From the human T2T-CHM13v2.0 reference genome, Homo sapiens: DNA of 64,000 bases. The notes under the pieces were generated by a model, which saw only the letters and a program-made list of their open reading frames with translations, did not search any database and was not told the origin of the DNA. The stretch lies in assembly GCF_009914755.1 (NCBI RefSeq), contig NC_060930.1; one strand, 5' to 3'. Each line of letters opens with the position of its first letter. The stretch's first letter is position 1. Both the position numbers and the translations under genes were made by a program. Shown here piece by piece: positions 15,402-28,525 of this stretch.

Positions 15402-17818
15402 GCGAAAAGAGTTCTCTAAACAGAAAGAAAATGATAATTAAAAACAGAAAACTTGTAACATCAAGAAGAAAGAAAGAAGACAGAAATCATAAAAAAAACC
15501 ATGGGAAAATATAATAGGTTTTCTTTCTCCTCTTGAGCTTTCTAAGTATTTGACTACTGAGACAAAGATTATAACACTATCTGGTAGGGTTCTAAATGTA
15601 TGTACAGGAGATACTTAAGACAATTATATTGCATATTTATATTATAAAGTGAAGGGATATGAAGGGAGGGAAGACTTTAACACTTCACTTGAACTGGTAC
15701 TCCATTAACACCAATAGAGTTAGTAAGCTATAACTATAATACAGTAGCTACAGCAACTATTAAAAATGCTATACATTTGCACTCAAAAACACTATACATA
15801 AATCAAAACGGATTTTTAAAAAATGTTTAAGTAGCCCAAAGCAAGAAAGAGTTTAAAAAAAGGAAGACAGAGCAAATATTAAATAAAATAGGAAACAAAA
15901 GCATAAACGTATATCAATAATTACATTTAATGTAAATGATCTAAATATAACTATTAATAAAATGAGATCACAGAATGAATTTTAAAAAAAGAGATGACCC
16001 AACTATATGCTATCTACAAGAAGCTCACTTCAAATATAATGAAATAGGTTGAAAGTAAAAGTATAAAAAAAAGTCATGAAAGTATTTGAAGAAAGCAGGG
16101 ATGGCTATATTAAAAGAAAATAGACTTCAAAGCAAAGGACAAGAGACAGAGAGAAATATAATTCACCAAAAAGAATTACATAAGCAATTCTAAGTGAACT
16201 GTATTAGCAATTCTAAGTGAGTATGCACCAAATAACAGACTTATAAAATATGTGAAGCAAAAACTGATAGAACTGAAGGGAGAATTAGATATATCCACAA
16301 TTATAGTTGGGGACTTCAACACTCCTCTCTCAACAACTGATAAAACAATTGGATAGAAAATCAGCAAAGATATAAGAGAACCCAATAACATCGTCAAGCA
16401 ACAGAAGCTAACTGACACTTCCAGAGCACCCCGCCCAACACTAGCAGCATTCTCTTTAAGCAATCACAGAGCATACACCAAGATAGATCATATCCATAAC
16501 ACAAACTCATGAAATTTAAAAGAATTAAATCATATGGAGTGTATCCTCTGACCATAATGAAATTAAAGTCGAAATCAGTAACAGAAAGATAATAGGAAAA
16601 TAACCCAACACTTGGAAACTAAATTCCCTATAAAATAATCCATAGCTCAAAGAGGAAGTCTAAGTGGAAATCAAAACATACACTGAACTGAATGAAAATA
16701 AAAACACAACATATCAAAATTTGTGGATGCAGCAAAAACACTGCTAAGAGGGAAACTTATAGAACTAAAAGCTTACATTAAAAAGAAAAAAATCTCAAAT
16801 TAAAATCTAAGATTATACCTCAAGAGCATAGAAAAGGAAAAGAAAAACCCAAAGAAAGCAGAGAGAGGGAATAATAAAGAGAAAAGCAAAACTCAGTGAA
16901 ATTGGAAACAGAAAATCAGTAAAAGATGGTTCTTTGGAAAAAAAAAAAAAATCAATAAAATGCACAAATCCCAATCAAGACTGACAAATTAAAAAGGAGA
17001 AAAAAACATAATATTAGGAAAGAAAGCAGGGATATTACTACAGATCCTGCAGATATCAAAGGGATAATGAGTAAATACCACATAAATTAGACAAAATTAG
17101 ACAATAGATAAAATGACCCCATTCCTCAAAAAGCACACATTATCCCAACTCACACAATATGAAATAGATCATTTAAATAGCACTTTATTGAGAAAACTGA
17201 ATTCATAATTTTTAAATTACAGAAAAAGAAAACTCCAGGGCCCGCCAGATTGTTTTACCACACTATTCTAACAAATGTTTAAAGAAGAATTAACACCAAT
17301 TATACATATACTTTCCCCAAAAATAGAAGAGGCATGAACACTTCCCAATTTATTTTAGGAAGCCAATATTATCCTGCTATCCAAACCAACCAAAGATTGC
17401 ATGAGAGAGAGAGAGACAGGGAGACAGAGATAAACAGAGACAGAGACAGAAACTACAGACTGATATCCTTCGTTAATATAAGTGCAACAATCAACAAAAT
17501 ATTAGCAAATGGCCTTCAGCACTATATCAACACAGAATTATATACCATGAGCTAGCATCCTAGGGATGAAAGACTGATTTAACATTCAAAAATCAATCAA
17601 TATATTAATAATCTACCATATTCACAAGCTAAAGGGAAACAAATCATGATTCATCAGTTGATGCAGAAAAAGTACTTAACAAAATTCAACATCCATTCAT
17701 AATACAAATTCTCAGAAAACTGGGAATGCAGGGAACTTCCTCAAACTGACTTTTTAAAAACTTGAAGAAAAAAAAACCCTACAACTAATATTATACTTAA
17801 TACGAAAGACTGAATGCT

Positions 17819-18119
17819 GGCCTGGCATGGTGGCTGTAATCCCAGCACTTTGGGAGGCCGAGATGGGCAGATCACCTGAGGTCAGGAGTTCCAGACCACC
17901 CTGGCCAACATGGCAAAACCCCATCTCTACTAACAATACAAAAATTAGCTAGGCGTGGTGGCACACACCTGTAGTTCAGCTACTTGGGAGGCTGAGGTGG
18001 GAGAATCACTTGAATCCGGGAGACAGAGGTTGCAGTGAGCTGAGATCACACACTGCATTCCAGCCTGGGTGAGAGAGAAAGACTTGATCTCAAAAAAAAA
18101 AAAAAAAAAAAAAAAAAAA
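17819..18119 (+). mobile_element. AluS
   Basis: TSD aaagactgaatgct. Confidence 0.95.
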
Positions 18120-18277
18120 GACTGAATGCTTTCTCCCTAAGCTCAGGAACAAAACAAGGATGTCCCACCTCACCACAACACAATATTGGAAGTTCTAGCC
18201 AGCACAATAAGGCAAGAAAAGGAAATGCAAGGAAGAACTAAAACTGTTGCTATTTGCAGATGACAGGTTTCCCTACG

Positions 18278-18311
<34 letters not shown>

Positions 18312-18420
18312 AAGAAACCTTCAAAAACAAAAAACCCCAAAACAACAAAACTCCTAGAGCCAATAAGTTCAGCAAAGTCACAGAAGGATCAACATACAAA
18401 AGTCAACTATACTTTTATAC

Positions 18421-18603
18421 ACTGGGTCCTACTTGAGTATAGAGTGGGAGGAGGGGGTGGATTGAAAAACTACCCATCAGGTACTGTGCTTATTACCTAG
18501 TGATGAAATAATCTATATGCCAACTCCCCATGATGCATTATTTCTTATATAACAAACTAGCACATGTACTCCAAACCTAAAAGTTAAAGAAAAAAAATTA
18601 AAA
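18421..18603 (+). mobile_element. L1PA13-16-like 3' end fragment
   Basis: aaaaactacccatcaggtactgtgcttattacct...cacatgtactccaaacctaaaagttaaa with A-rich tail. Confidence 0.7.
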
Positions 18604-18625
18604 ACTTGGATTTTATTAAAATTAA

Positions 18626-18962
<337 letters not shown>

Positions 18963-19020
18963 CAAAAGATCCAAAAGACAGCAAAAACACTGGGAAAAAC
19001 TATTTGCAAACCACATCTCT

Positions 19021-19364
19021 CAGGGGTCCCCAAGTCCTGGGCCTCAGACTGGTACAGGTCAATGGCCTGTTAGGAAGCTGGCAACACAGCAGGAGTTAAG
19101 CACCTCCTGAGCCAGCCTCACCACCTGAGCTCTGTCTCCTGTCAGATCAGCCAGGGCATCAGATTCTCACAGGAGAGCGAACCCTATTGTGAACTGCGAA
19201 TGCGAGGGATCTAGTTTGCATGCTCCTTATGAGAATCTAATGTCTGATGATCTTAAGTGGAACAGTTCCATCTGGAAACCATTTCCCCCACCACCCCCAC
19301 TTCCGTGGAAAAAACTGTCTTCCACGAAACTTGTCCCTGAAGCCAAAAAGGTTGAGGACTGCTG
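19021..19364 (+). mobile_element. MER1B-like hAT-Charlie DNA transposon
   Basis: CAGGGGTCCCCAA...aaaaaggttgaggactgctg termini and characteristic internal sequence. Confidence 0.8.
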
Positions 19365-22169
19365 ATGTAACTGATAAAGGACTCATGTCTATAATTTAAA
19401 GAACCTTCAAAACTCAACAGTAACAGAACAAATCAAGAAAATAAGAAAATGACACGAAGAGGGATTTCACTGAAGAGGATATGTGTATGGCAAAGACATG
19501 AGAAAATGATCAACATCCCTAGTCATTAGGAAAATGCAAATTAAGACCAGAGTGAGGTATCACTGCACACCTAATCGGAACAGTAAAAGTAAAAAAATAG
19601 TGACAATACAAAATACTGGTAAGGATGTGGAAAAACTGGATCTCTCATATATGGCTGCTGGGAATGTAAAATAGTACCACATTTCTGGAAAATAGTTCAG
19701 CAGTTTCTTTAAAAATTAAACACATACTTACCATATGACCCAGCAATCACACTCCTGGACATTTATCCCAGAGAAATGAAAATTTAGGTCCACAGAAAAA
19801 CCTGCAAGCAATTTTTCAAGACAGTTTTATTTGTAATAGGCACTCCCCCCGCCCAAAAAAAGAAGGAACCAAAATGTATGATAGGTGAATGCTGAATGAT
19901 TAAACAAACTGTGTTACACCCATAGTGTAGAACTCAGTAACAGAAAGGAACAAACTAGAAATACCTGCAATAACTTGGATAAATCTCTAGGGCATTCTGC
20001 TGAGTTGGGTGGGGTGGGGGGGTGGGGGGGATGGTGAGCTAATCTTAGAAGGTCACAAGCTGTGAGGACCAATTTATAAAACATTCCCCAAACGACAAAA
20101 TTATAGAAATGGAGAACAGACTGATGGTTGCAAAGGGTTAGGGATGGTGTGGGGGAAAGAAAGGGACGACCATAAAGGGACTGTATGAGAGAGATCTTCG
20201 TGGTGTTGAAATAGTTTGTATTTTGATTGTGGTAATGATTACAAGAGTCTTCAGGGATAAGGTGACACAGAATCACAGGCACATTTTATCTCAGTGTCAA
20301 TGTCCTGGCTTTATTATTGTGCTCTAGCTATGCGGGATGTAACCAACAGTGGAGGCTCTATCAGACCTCTCTGTACTATCTTTGCAACTTCCTGTAAGTC
20401 TACATTCAAATAAAAAGTTAAAAAAATCGGTGCCCAGGCCACATCCCAAACCTTGTAAATTAAAATATCTAGGGGAAGAACCTAAACAACTGCATTTTTT
20501 TTTTAAATGCACGAGGTAATTTTAAAGTGTAGCTAGAGTTAGGAACCACCGCCAGCTGGTATTATTACCGAAACTACAAGCAGGTGGAACACCTGTAAGT
20601 CTGGTGGAAGATGATAAGGAAGGAGAAAACTAAATATACAAATCTATGTTAGGTTTCTTGAGGGTTTTATTCTCCTAACGTTAAAACCTAGTATTAAGTG
20701 AATCCAAATAATGTGGATGGGATAATCAGTCATCCATTATGATACAGACCATTTTACACAAAATAGGCCAGCCCCAATAGACTATTCTTTAGATTCTTAA
20801 GCATTTGGTATCGATGTTACAATTTTAAAATGCTAAAAAGCAATTATAATCACATTTAAATATGCAGCAATTTTAGAAAATCAATGTTTCACCGAGTTTC
20901 TCATTTTAGATGAATAACAAAATGAGTTCAAATTTTTATTTGTGTTGACTACCACCAGCAGCGACCCGTGGGAAGTAAGTGAAAAGCAAGTATTCCTATT
21001 TTGACTACACATTCTAATGTATTGGTTATTTATATTTATGATCACCAACTATTATCTATTAGACTTCTCCGGATTTAACTGTTTAGGAAGTGAGCTGTAG
21101 ACATACAGAAACCAAGGATTATTTTGAGCCAATAAACAGTGACTTGACCAACCGAATGCCTTGTGTGGTTATTAATCATTCCATATCACCATCATCAAAA
21201 GACACTGTGCATCTACTCAGCTGGGCCAGGGGATTAAAGGTTTACGAAAGAGTCCCTCCTTGCCTTTAAACGGTTTAAAGTCTGTTTGAGGATGGGTCCA
21301 AATACATAAAATGATGAATAACAAAGCGAAGAACATGCTGAAATCTGGACTGACAAAAGAAAAGGGCCAAAGGGCTTGTTTTTACTGGAAGTATTTTTGC
21401 ATAAGCTGGGAAGGGAGTTTGCATCTTCTGGACTCATAGATCAGACAAATGAGCAGCTTCAACAAAGCAGATTTATGCTATCCACCAGGAGGGTTTTGCT
21501 TAGTTGTCAGTTGTGGACTTTCTTCCAAAAATGCAGCTGTTTTGAAGCAAGAAATCTGGCACCAAAAAATAAATAAAATGAAAATTTAGAATAAGAATTA
21601 CCTCCCACCCAACTCTAATCAACAGCTACGTCTCCCTTTCCTCCACCTTCAAGATTTAAAGGTCTGGGGTGGAAACTGGAGGTGTGGGGGGGCGAATGAG
21701 CTATTTGCCTTGCCCCAAGACCACCAATCTCCTGTGTGTGTGTCTCTCTCTCTCCAAATACGACCCTCACACACTCTCCAATTTACACTGCTACAACTTC
21801 CCAGATTTGTTTTACCTTCTGGAAAGATTTATCCATTTGGAAGCGTTCTTGAAGTTGCTAACTGTCGTGAAGTTCGATTTGAAAGCAAAACAATGACCGC
21901 GTTTTAACAGACAGTGCAAATTCTTTTTAAAAAAAAGTTGTTTTGTGATTATGGGAGATAATCAACAGCTACTCAGACATTCTTCTCTTAAACAGCTGAG
22001 GTTTATCATTTTCGCTATTATGACAATGAATTTTTTCCTCCTTTGCTTTCTGCCTTTTGGCAGGAGCCTCGACTCTGCAGGTGTTAGCGCTGTAAGGGCC
22101 GAACCCAACCGCCAGAATGTCTGCCGAGCCTAGCATGGGATGCTGCCCAGCAAAACAGCACCCAGGGAG

Positions 22170-22800
22170 AGGGCGACTGAGGAAGACAGCCTGCAAGCGC
22201 GCTTCAGAAAGGACTGGGACCAGAGCCCTAGAAAACTACAGCGAGTGGATTCCCTGGCAGGGGAAACCCGCGAGAGCCTGGGAAAAAAAAAAAAACGAGA
22301 GGGAGAGAAAAAAACTCACCCGGGCGCCCTGAAGCCCAGCGCAAGCAAGCGAGTGAGCGCGCAGGCTGGCTGGGCTGCTCCAGCTGGAAGTCATTGTGCG
22401 GGCTGGCGTCTGCGTTGTCAGGGCGACCGCCCGGCCGGCGCCAGCGGAGCGGGGGAGGCGGGCTCCGTGAATGGGTGACGTCACGCAGCCGGCGCCAGGC
22501 AGTCTGGGCGGCCGAGCCAATGAATCAGCTGTCCGGGGGAGGCAGCGCAGCGCGGCGCGCGGGAGCTGGGTGCAGGAATGCGCCTGGAGCCGCGCGGCCC
22601 GGGAGGGCGCGAGACGTCTCCGCCCGCCTGGTCGCCCCGCGGCGGCCAGAGGTCCCAGCGTCCCAGGCTCGGCCATTCCGGTGCCCCCCACGCCCAGTCT
22701 GCGGCTGTGCCCGCGTCCCTAGTTTTCCGCCGGTTACCCCCACGGGCGCGCGCTCTGCGGGGAGGCCCACGAGCTGGGGGGCCGCTGGGGTGGTGTCAGG
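22170..22800. promoter_or_regulatory. Orphan CpG island; candidate distal ID4 enhancer and lncRNA promoter
   Basis: CpG-dense and repeat-free. Contains CRE TGACGTCA 22476-22483, GGCGCC 22437 and 22491, GTCTG 22502, CCAAT 22517. Confidence 0.88.
22320..22390 (-). ncRNA. LNC-LBCS: Putative first exon of a minus-strand lncRNA running leftward (probably LNC-LBCS; start approximate)
   Basis: Strong minus-strand donor CGG|GTGAGT (GT at 22319-22318) just left of the CRE/CCAAT cluster. The name comes from recalled annotation upstream of ID4 and is not verifiable here. Confidence 0.5.
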
Positions 22801-23716
22801 ATGTTTTCACTTACTGCGACTGTGGCACTTATTTAAAAGGAAACATACAATAAAACTTGTCCTTGTAGATAAAATAGACTTTGAAAGTATTGATGAATTC
22901 ACTGCCACCTTACTGTGCTCTCCGCATTGTGCTGGGTGTTGGGTATCACAAACGATGAAAGGACCAGGACTCGGAAGTTCCCAAAATTGAACTGGGTAGA
23001 AAAAAGTGTAAGGAACTCATGATTCAGACTTACAGCCGACTGCTCTTCCAATATTCTATAGTGTGGGACTATAGGGCGCCTTTAAGGTTCTAGAAGGCAA
23101 ATGGCTCCAAAGATTTCCAATTTTTTGGTGTTTTTGTGTTTTGCATTACCTCTGTCCTGCTTTGCTCTCCATTACAGTGTCCTGTAGGTGGCCAAGTACT
23201 GGGTTAAGGTCATTTCAGTATGCCCAGCATTTGACGCTCTCCCTGACTCCTGGTAAGGACTGGACATTGTTGATGGGTAATCCACAATGCAAGAGCAAAT
23301 AATTTTAAGGCTAGAGTAAAAGGAGTACTTCTGAATTCCTAAACATCTTTTTGGGTGCTTACTTGTTGGTTTCTGGTGGTTTTTCAAGAGTAGTGATGCA
23401 TCATTACTGAAACTGGAAAACCAGAGTGTGGCCCAGACTCACATTATAGTAGATGTCGTTAAATCAGCCCTTCCTGCTGAAGTCTGTGCCCCCCTTTTTA
23501 AATCTGGAAGATGAGATCTGGTGAGATATTCTCTTAAGACTCATGAAGTTCTAGCAGTCTATCATTGTATTTATCAACCTTTCAAACGAATGACTTTATT
23601 CCTATCACAGTATGTGATATATGTGACATTCATTTAACAAACACTTCAGGGTCCCTGCTATGCAAATACTATGTACTGGAAGTTTTAACTGAAATTTTTT
23701 TGGAATAAAAGTTAAG

Positions 23717-25372
23717 GGCCTGGCGGCTCATGCCTGAATCCCAGCACTCTGTGGGGCCGAGGGAGAGTTCGAGACCAGCCTGACCAACATGGTGTCCGGA
23801 ATTGGTGGGTTCTTGGTCTCACTTACCTCAAGAATGAAGCCGCAGACCCTCGCGGTGAGTGTTACAGTTCTTAAAGGCGGCGTGTCTGGAGTTTGTTCCT
23901 TCTGATGTGTTCAGTTTCTTCCTTCTGGTGGGTTCATGGTCTCGCTGGCTCAAGAGTGAAGCTACAGACCTTCCCCGTGAGTGTTACAGCTCATAAGGCG
24001 GCCTGTCTGGAGTTGTTCATTCCTTCTGGTGGGTTTGTGGTCTCGCTGGCTTCAAGAGTGAAGCTGTAGACCTTCACGGTGAGTAGCACACAGCTCATAA
24101 AGGCAGTGGGGACCCACAGAGTAAGCAGCAGCAAGACTTATTGCAAAGGGCGAAAGAATAAAGCTTCCACAGCACCTAAGCGGACACGAACGGCTTTTTA
24201 CTGCTGGCTGGGGCAGCCTGCTTTTATTCTCTTACCTGGCCCCACCCACATCCTGCTAATTAGTCCATTTTACAGAGAGCTGAGTGGTCTGTTTGCGCTG
24301 ATTGGTGCATTTACAACCCCTGAGCTAGACACAAAGGTTCTCCACATTCCCACTAGATGATGCTAGATACAGAGTGTCCACACAAAGGTTCTCCAAGTCC
24401 CCACCAGAGTAGCTAGATACAGAGTGTCCATTGATGCACTCACAAACCCTGAGCTAGACACAGGGTGCTGATTGGTGTGTTTACAAACCTCGAGCTAGAT
24501 ACAGAGTGCTGATTGGTGTATTTACAATCCCTTAGCTAGACATAAAGATTCTCCAAGTCCCCATCAGATTCAGGAGCCCAGGTGGCTTCACCCAGTGGAT
24601 CCCGCACTGGGGCCGCAGGTGGAGCTGCCTACCAGTCCCGCGCAGTGGGCCCACACTCCTCAGCCGTTGGGTGGTGGATGGGACTGGGCACCATGGAGCA
24701 GGGGGCAGCGCTCATCAGGGAGGGTCAGGCCGCACAGGAGCCCACGGACGTCGGGGGAGGCTCAGGCATGGCGGGCTGCAGGTCCCAAGCCCTGCCCCGT
24801 GGGAAGGCAGCTAAGGCCCACCGAGAAATTGAGCACAGCAGCTGCTGGCCCAGGTGCTAAGCCCCTCACTGCCCGGGGCCGGCACCGCTGGTGGGCTGCT
24901 CTGAGTGCGGGGCCTGCCAAGCCCACGCCCACCTGGAACTCGCGCTGGCTCGCAAGCACCACCTGCAGCCCCAGTTCCCGCCCACGCCTCTCCCTCCACA
25001 CCTCCCTGCCAGCTGAGGGAGCCGTCTCCGGCCTTGTCCAGCCCAGAAAGGGGCTCCCACAGTGCAGCAGTGGGCTGAAGGGCTCCTCAAGTGTCGCCAA
25101 AGTGGGAGCCCAGGCAGAGGAGGCGACGAGAGCGAGCAAGGGCTGTGAGGACTGCCAGCACGCTGTCACCTCTCAATGGTGAAACCCCATCTCTACTAAA
25201 AAAAAAAAAAACAAATTAGCTGGGTGTGGTGATGCACGCCTGTAGTCCCAGCTACTCAGAAGGCTGAGGCAGGGGAATCACTTGAAGGTGGCAGAGGTTG
25301 CAGTGAGCCGAGATGGTGCCACTTGCACTCCCACCTGGGCAACAGAGCAAGACTCCATCTCAAAAAAAAAAA
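23717..25372 (+). mobile_element. AluS split by the LTR12 (23717-23792 and 25180-25372)
   Basis: ...ccagcctgaccaacATGG[LTR]ATGGtgaaaccccatctctac... rejoins to a contiguous Alu. Confidence 0.9.
23793..25175 (-). mobile_element. Solo LTR12 (ERV9/HERV9 LTR, LTR12C-like)
   Basis: Minus strand begins TGAGAGGTGACAGCGTGCTGGCAG and ends CCAATTCCGGACA; CCAAT-containing tandem repeats 24290-24560; 4-bp TSD ATGG (23789-23792 / 25176-25179). Confidence 0.93.
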
Positions 25373-26309
25373 GAGGGGAGAGAGAGAGAAAAAGAAAAGG
25401 AAGGAAGGAAGAAAGAAAGAGAGAAACTAGAAAACAAAGCAAGTGCTAATAAACGGGTATAGGCCAGTTTATCTTGATGTGCATGAAGTCACCTGGCAAT
25501 TGGATGAAATGCAGAAGAGGCTTGGGATTCTGCATCTTTAACAAGCCCCCAAGTGATGTTGATATTGCTAACCCTGAACTGCACTTTGAATAAAGAGAAT
25601 CTTGACCACAGAGTACCAAGGAAAGCATAAAGTAAGAATATAATGGATATAAAGTGGTCTGGGTTCCTAAAACCTGTGGAGAAGGTGAGCTTGAGCCACG
25701 TGATTGTGCATATGATTGGCTGAGGGAATGAAAAAGCAGAAGAAACAGCATAAATAACAATCGCATTGGAAGGAAAGGAGCAAAAAATAAGTTGAGGGGT
25801 GAAGAAGATTTTGTCTGACTTCAATTAAAAATATTTAGGGAAACTATAAAAAATGGGATTGAAGATTTACTGGTGGGGTAAGACAACCTTAGAGGTTACC
25901 CAATTTAATTTGGTGTAGTTGAAACTGAGCAGCAGTACAATCTCATTAGATAATGGCAGAGCTCAGAATGGAAGCCGAACCTGAGAAATTTAGATGACAA
26001 ATACCTTACACATAGAGTCTTTGATATAAGAAAAGCCACTTGTCATTGTTGTGCAAGGTGAAAATATGAGGGAAGAACGAAAACAAGCGAAGAGACCCAT
26101 AGGAAATAATATTAATAGTCCAAGCATGGAGTTTTGGGGAAGGTTTGGTCTAGGGAAGATGAGAAAATATCAGGTGAAGAGGTGAATCAGAAAAATTTTG
26201 TGTTTGCATGAATTGTAATGGCTGCCACCAGCTGATTAAATCATCCATTTATGTAAGAAAAGGAAAAAACTTCCCTCCATCCCTCCCATGGTCCAATGAA
26301 GCATTTTTC

Positions 26310-26472
26310 AACCCTGACCTCACATCGGCATTACTATTTTTTTTCAGTGGGAATTCCTGAGCTCCACCCCACAGAAATTTAATCAGAATCTCTGGGAGTG
26401 GAGCCCTAGAATCAGTATTTTTAAAGCCTCCCTAGGTGATTATAATGGGCAGTCAGTGTTGAGAATCACTAA
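26310..26472. mobile_element. MER5A-like hAT element
   Basis: aatcagaatctctgggagtggagccctagaatcagtatttttaaagcctccctaggtgatt...ttgagaatcact. Confidence 0.65.
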
Positions 26473-27199
26473 TCTAATATACAGTCACCAGCTCATTTTG
26501 TAGGCTTCATTTCTGCCCCTGAACATTACCCCCAGTGTTAACTGTTATACTAGCACTAGATCATTTTTAATACTGGGTGTGTTTGGTGGTGGATTTTGAT
26601 GGTTTATAGCACATTCTCTAAGCTCAATGTCTTCCATCCCTCATTAACTGTCATGGTTTAGTTGTGAACATACCCTGATATCTCTCATTGGCGAGAGAAG
26701 GAACAGTGATTTGGCACGTGACTGGATGGAAATGATAAACCTGGTTTATGAACCTATATGGTACCATAGTGTGGCAGTGCAGTTATTTTACTTGATTTTA
26801 GCTTTGCTTTAATAATCTACTTTAACAGCCTCTTTAGGTTTAGAACTGATGAATGAGCACTTAAAATAGCGACTTGGACCATTGGAACTTTTATTTTGCG
26901 TCTTCTCTAAAAAATAATCGTTACTTGCTGGAAAAAAATCTGAAGGTGAGAAGAGTGTATAGTCTTTTCCTTGGTGACTAACTTAACTTTTAAAACTTCA
27001 TTGATTCATTTATTCCTCTAAAATTAATTGAGTACCTCCTATGTGCCAGGTACTTTTTCAGATAGGAGGATGCCAAGAGAAGAAAAGCATTTTCTCTGTC
27101 TTCAAAGAGGAAAAGATGAGCATAGTGAATTTCGGGTGTTGTATTTATTCAGCTTGGACGTTTAAAAGATACTTGGCTTTCCCATACTATCTTGACATG

Positions 27200-28480
27200 C
27201 ATTTTGTGAGTATTTTTAAAAATTCATTTATTTACTTTTTAAAAAAGAAAACTAATGAATGTATGTGGTTCAAAAACCAAAGAAAATATTTTCCCTTTCA
27301 TTCTTGTCCTATGTCTGCCTAATTCCCTCTCACACCTTACAGAAGCCACTATTAATTTCTTACCTATCCTTTGAGAGTTATTTTTTTGAATATACTAGCA
27401 GATATAAACATATTCTCATTTTCTCCCATTTTTACGCTGTTCTGTATCTTTTTAAAATTTAAAAATATCGGGAGGATATCTTTCTATATGTGCACATTCT
27501 GTTTTCATTTTGTTATTCTTCCATAATATTCTATTGTCTCAAAGTACCACAGTGTATTTCTCTTACTGCTATTGATGGTAATTTAGGTTGTTTCCAATCT
27601 TTTGTTACGAAATTACATAAACAACCTTGTGCAACATCTGTGTCATTTTGTCCATGTGCACTAGAAGTATTACCTGTAGGATAAATTTCTGCAAGCCAAA
27701 CTATTGGGTCTTTTAAAGGGTGTATGTTAACATTCTTGATTGTTTCCTTAAGATAAATTCCTAGGCATGAAGTTCCTGGGTTGACTAATATAAATACTTT
27801 AAAGGTTTTTGATATTCACTGAGAAATTGCCATCTAGAGAGTTCGTACTGATTCATTTTCTCACTTGCATGGTATAAAAGTACCCATTTCTCTGAAACCT
27901 TGCCGGTATTGGAAAATACCTTTTTAAAAATATGTCTTTGTTTACTTCATGGGTAAAGAATTGCATATCTATTTATTACCTTAGCATGCATTTCTATGAA
28001 TAATGTATAATTTGAACTTTATCATATGTTTATTAGCCATTGCGTGATTAGAGGTTTGTCCATCTCTTTTGTCCAATCTTGAAGAATTTTTATTTTTATT
28101 ACTGGTTTGTAATACATTAATACACTAATCATAATAATGATCTGTTTATTAAACCCTCGCCTTGTTCCAGGCACTGTGCTAAGCATTTTTAATTGGTCCG
28201 ATGTATTGTAAATATTTTATCTGAGTTTGGTATGTGTCTTTAATACTTATTTAAACATTATTTCCTCTTAAAAACCTTTAGAAAGCTGTACAAATTATGT
28301 GATAAAATAAACTAATCTTTTATGTGTTTTTGTTTGCTCACTTAACACACAGGAAAGTCTATACACTCTAAAATCAGCTTAGCATTCACTTTGATTTTTC
28401 TAGTTCCTGTAGGACTTTAAGTAATTTTTAAAACAAATTAATTACTGTATACAAATGGTTAGCTAACTACAATGTAACTA
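27200..28480 (-). mobile_element. Old L1M fragments
   Basis: attgatggtaatttaggttgtttccaatcttttg and related antisense L1 3' motifs. Confidence 0.55.
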
Positions 28481-28525
28481 ACTTTTTCTGTTTCAAGAAA
28501 ATATTTTTATACTTTTTAAAGCAAT

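Noticed and set aside
14787-17555. L1 ORF1/ORF2-like peptide fragments
   Set aside because: Frameshifted remnants of a dead L1; no intact ORF.
22117-22990. Several overlapping ORFs (up to 198 aa) in the distal CpG island
   Set aside because: Open in many frames on both strands due to GC content; no homology recognised.
23800-24560. Regularly spaced repeats that superficially resemble a CRISPR array
   Set aside because: These are LTR12 internal tandem repeats without unique spacers, in a eukaryotic context with no cas genes.
24582-25182. ORFs up to 195 aa
   Set aside because: Entirely within the GC-rich U3 of LTR12.
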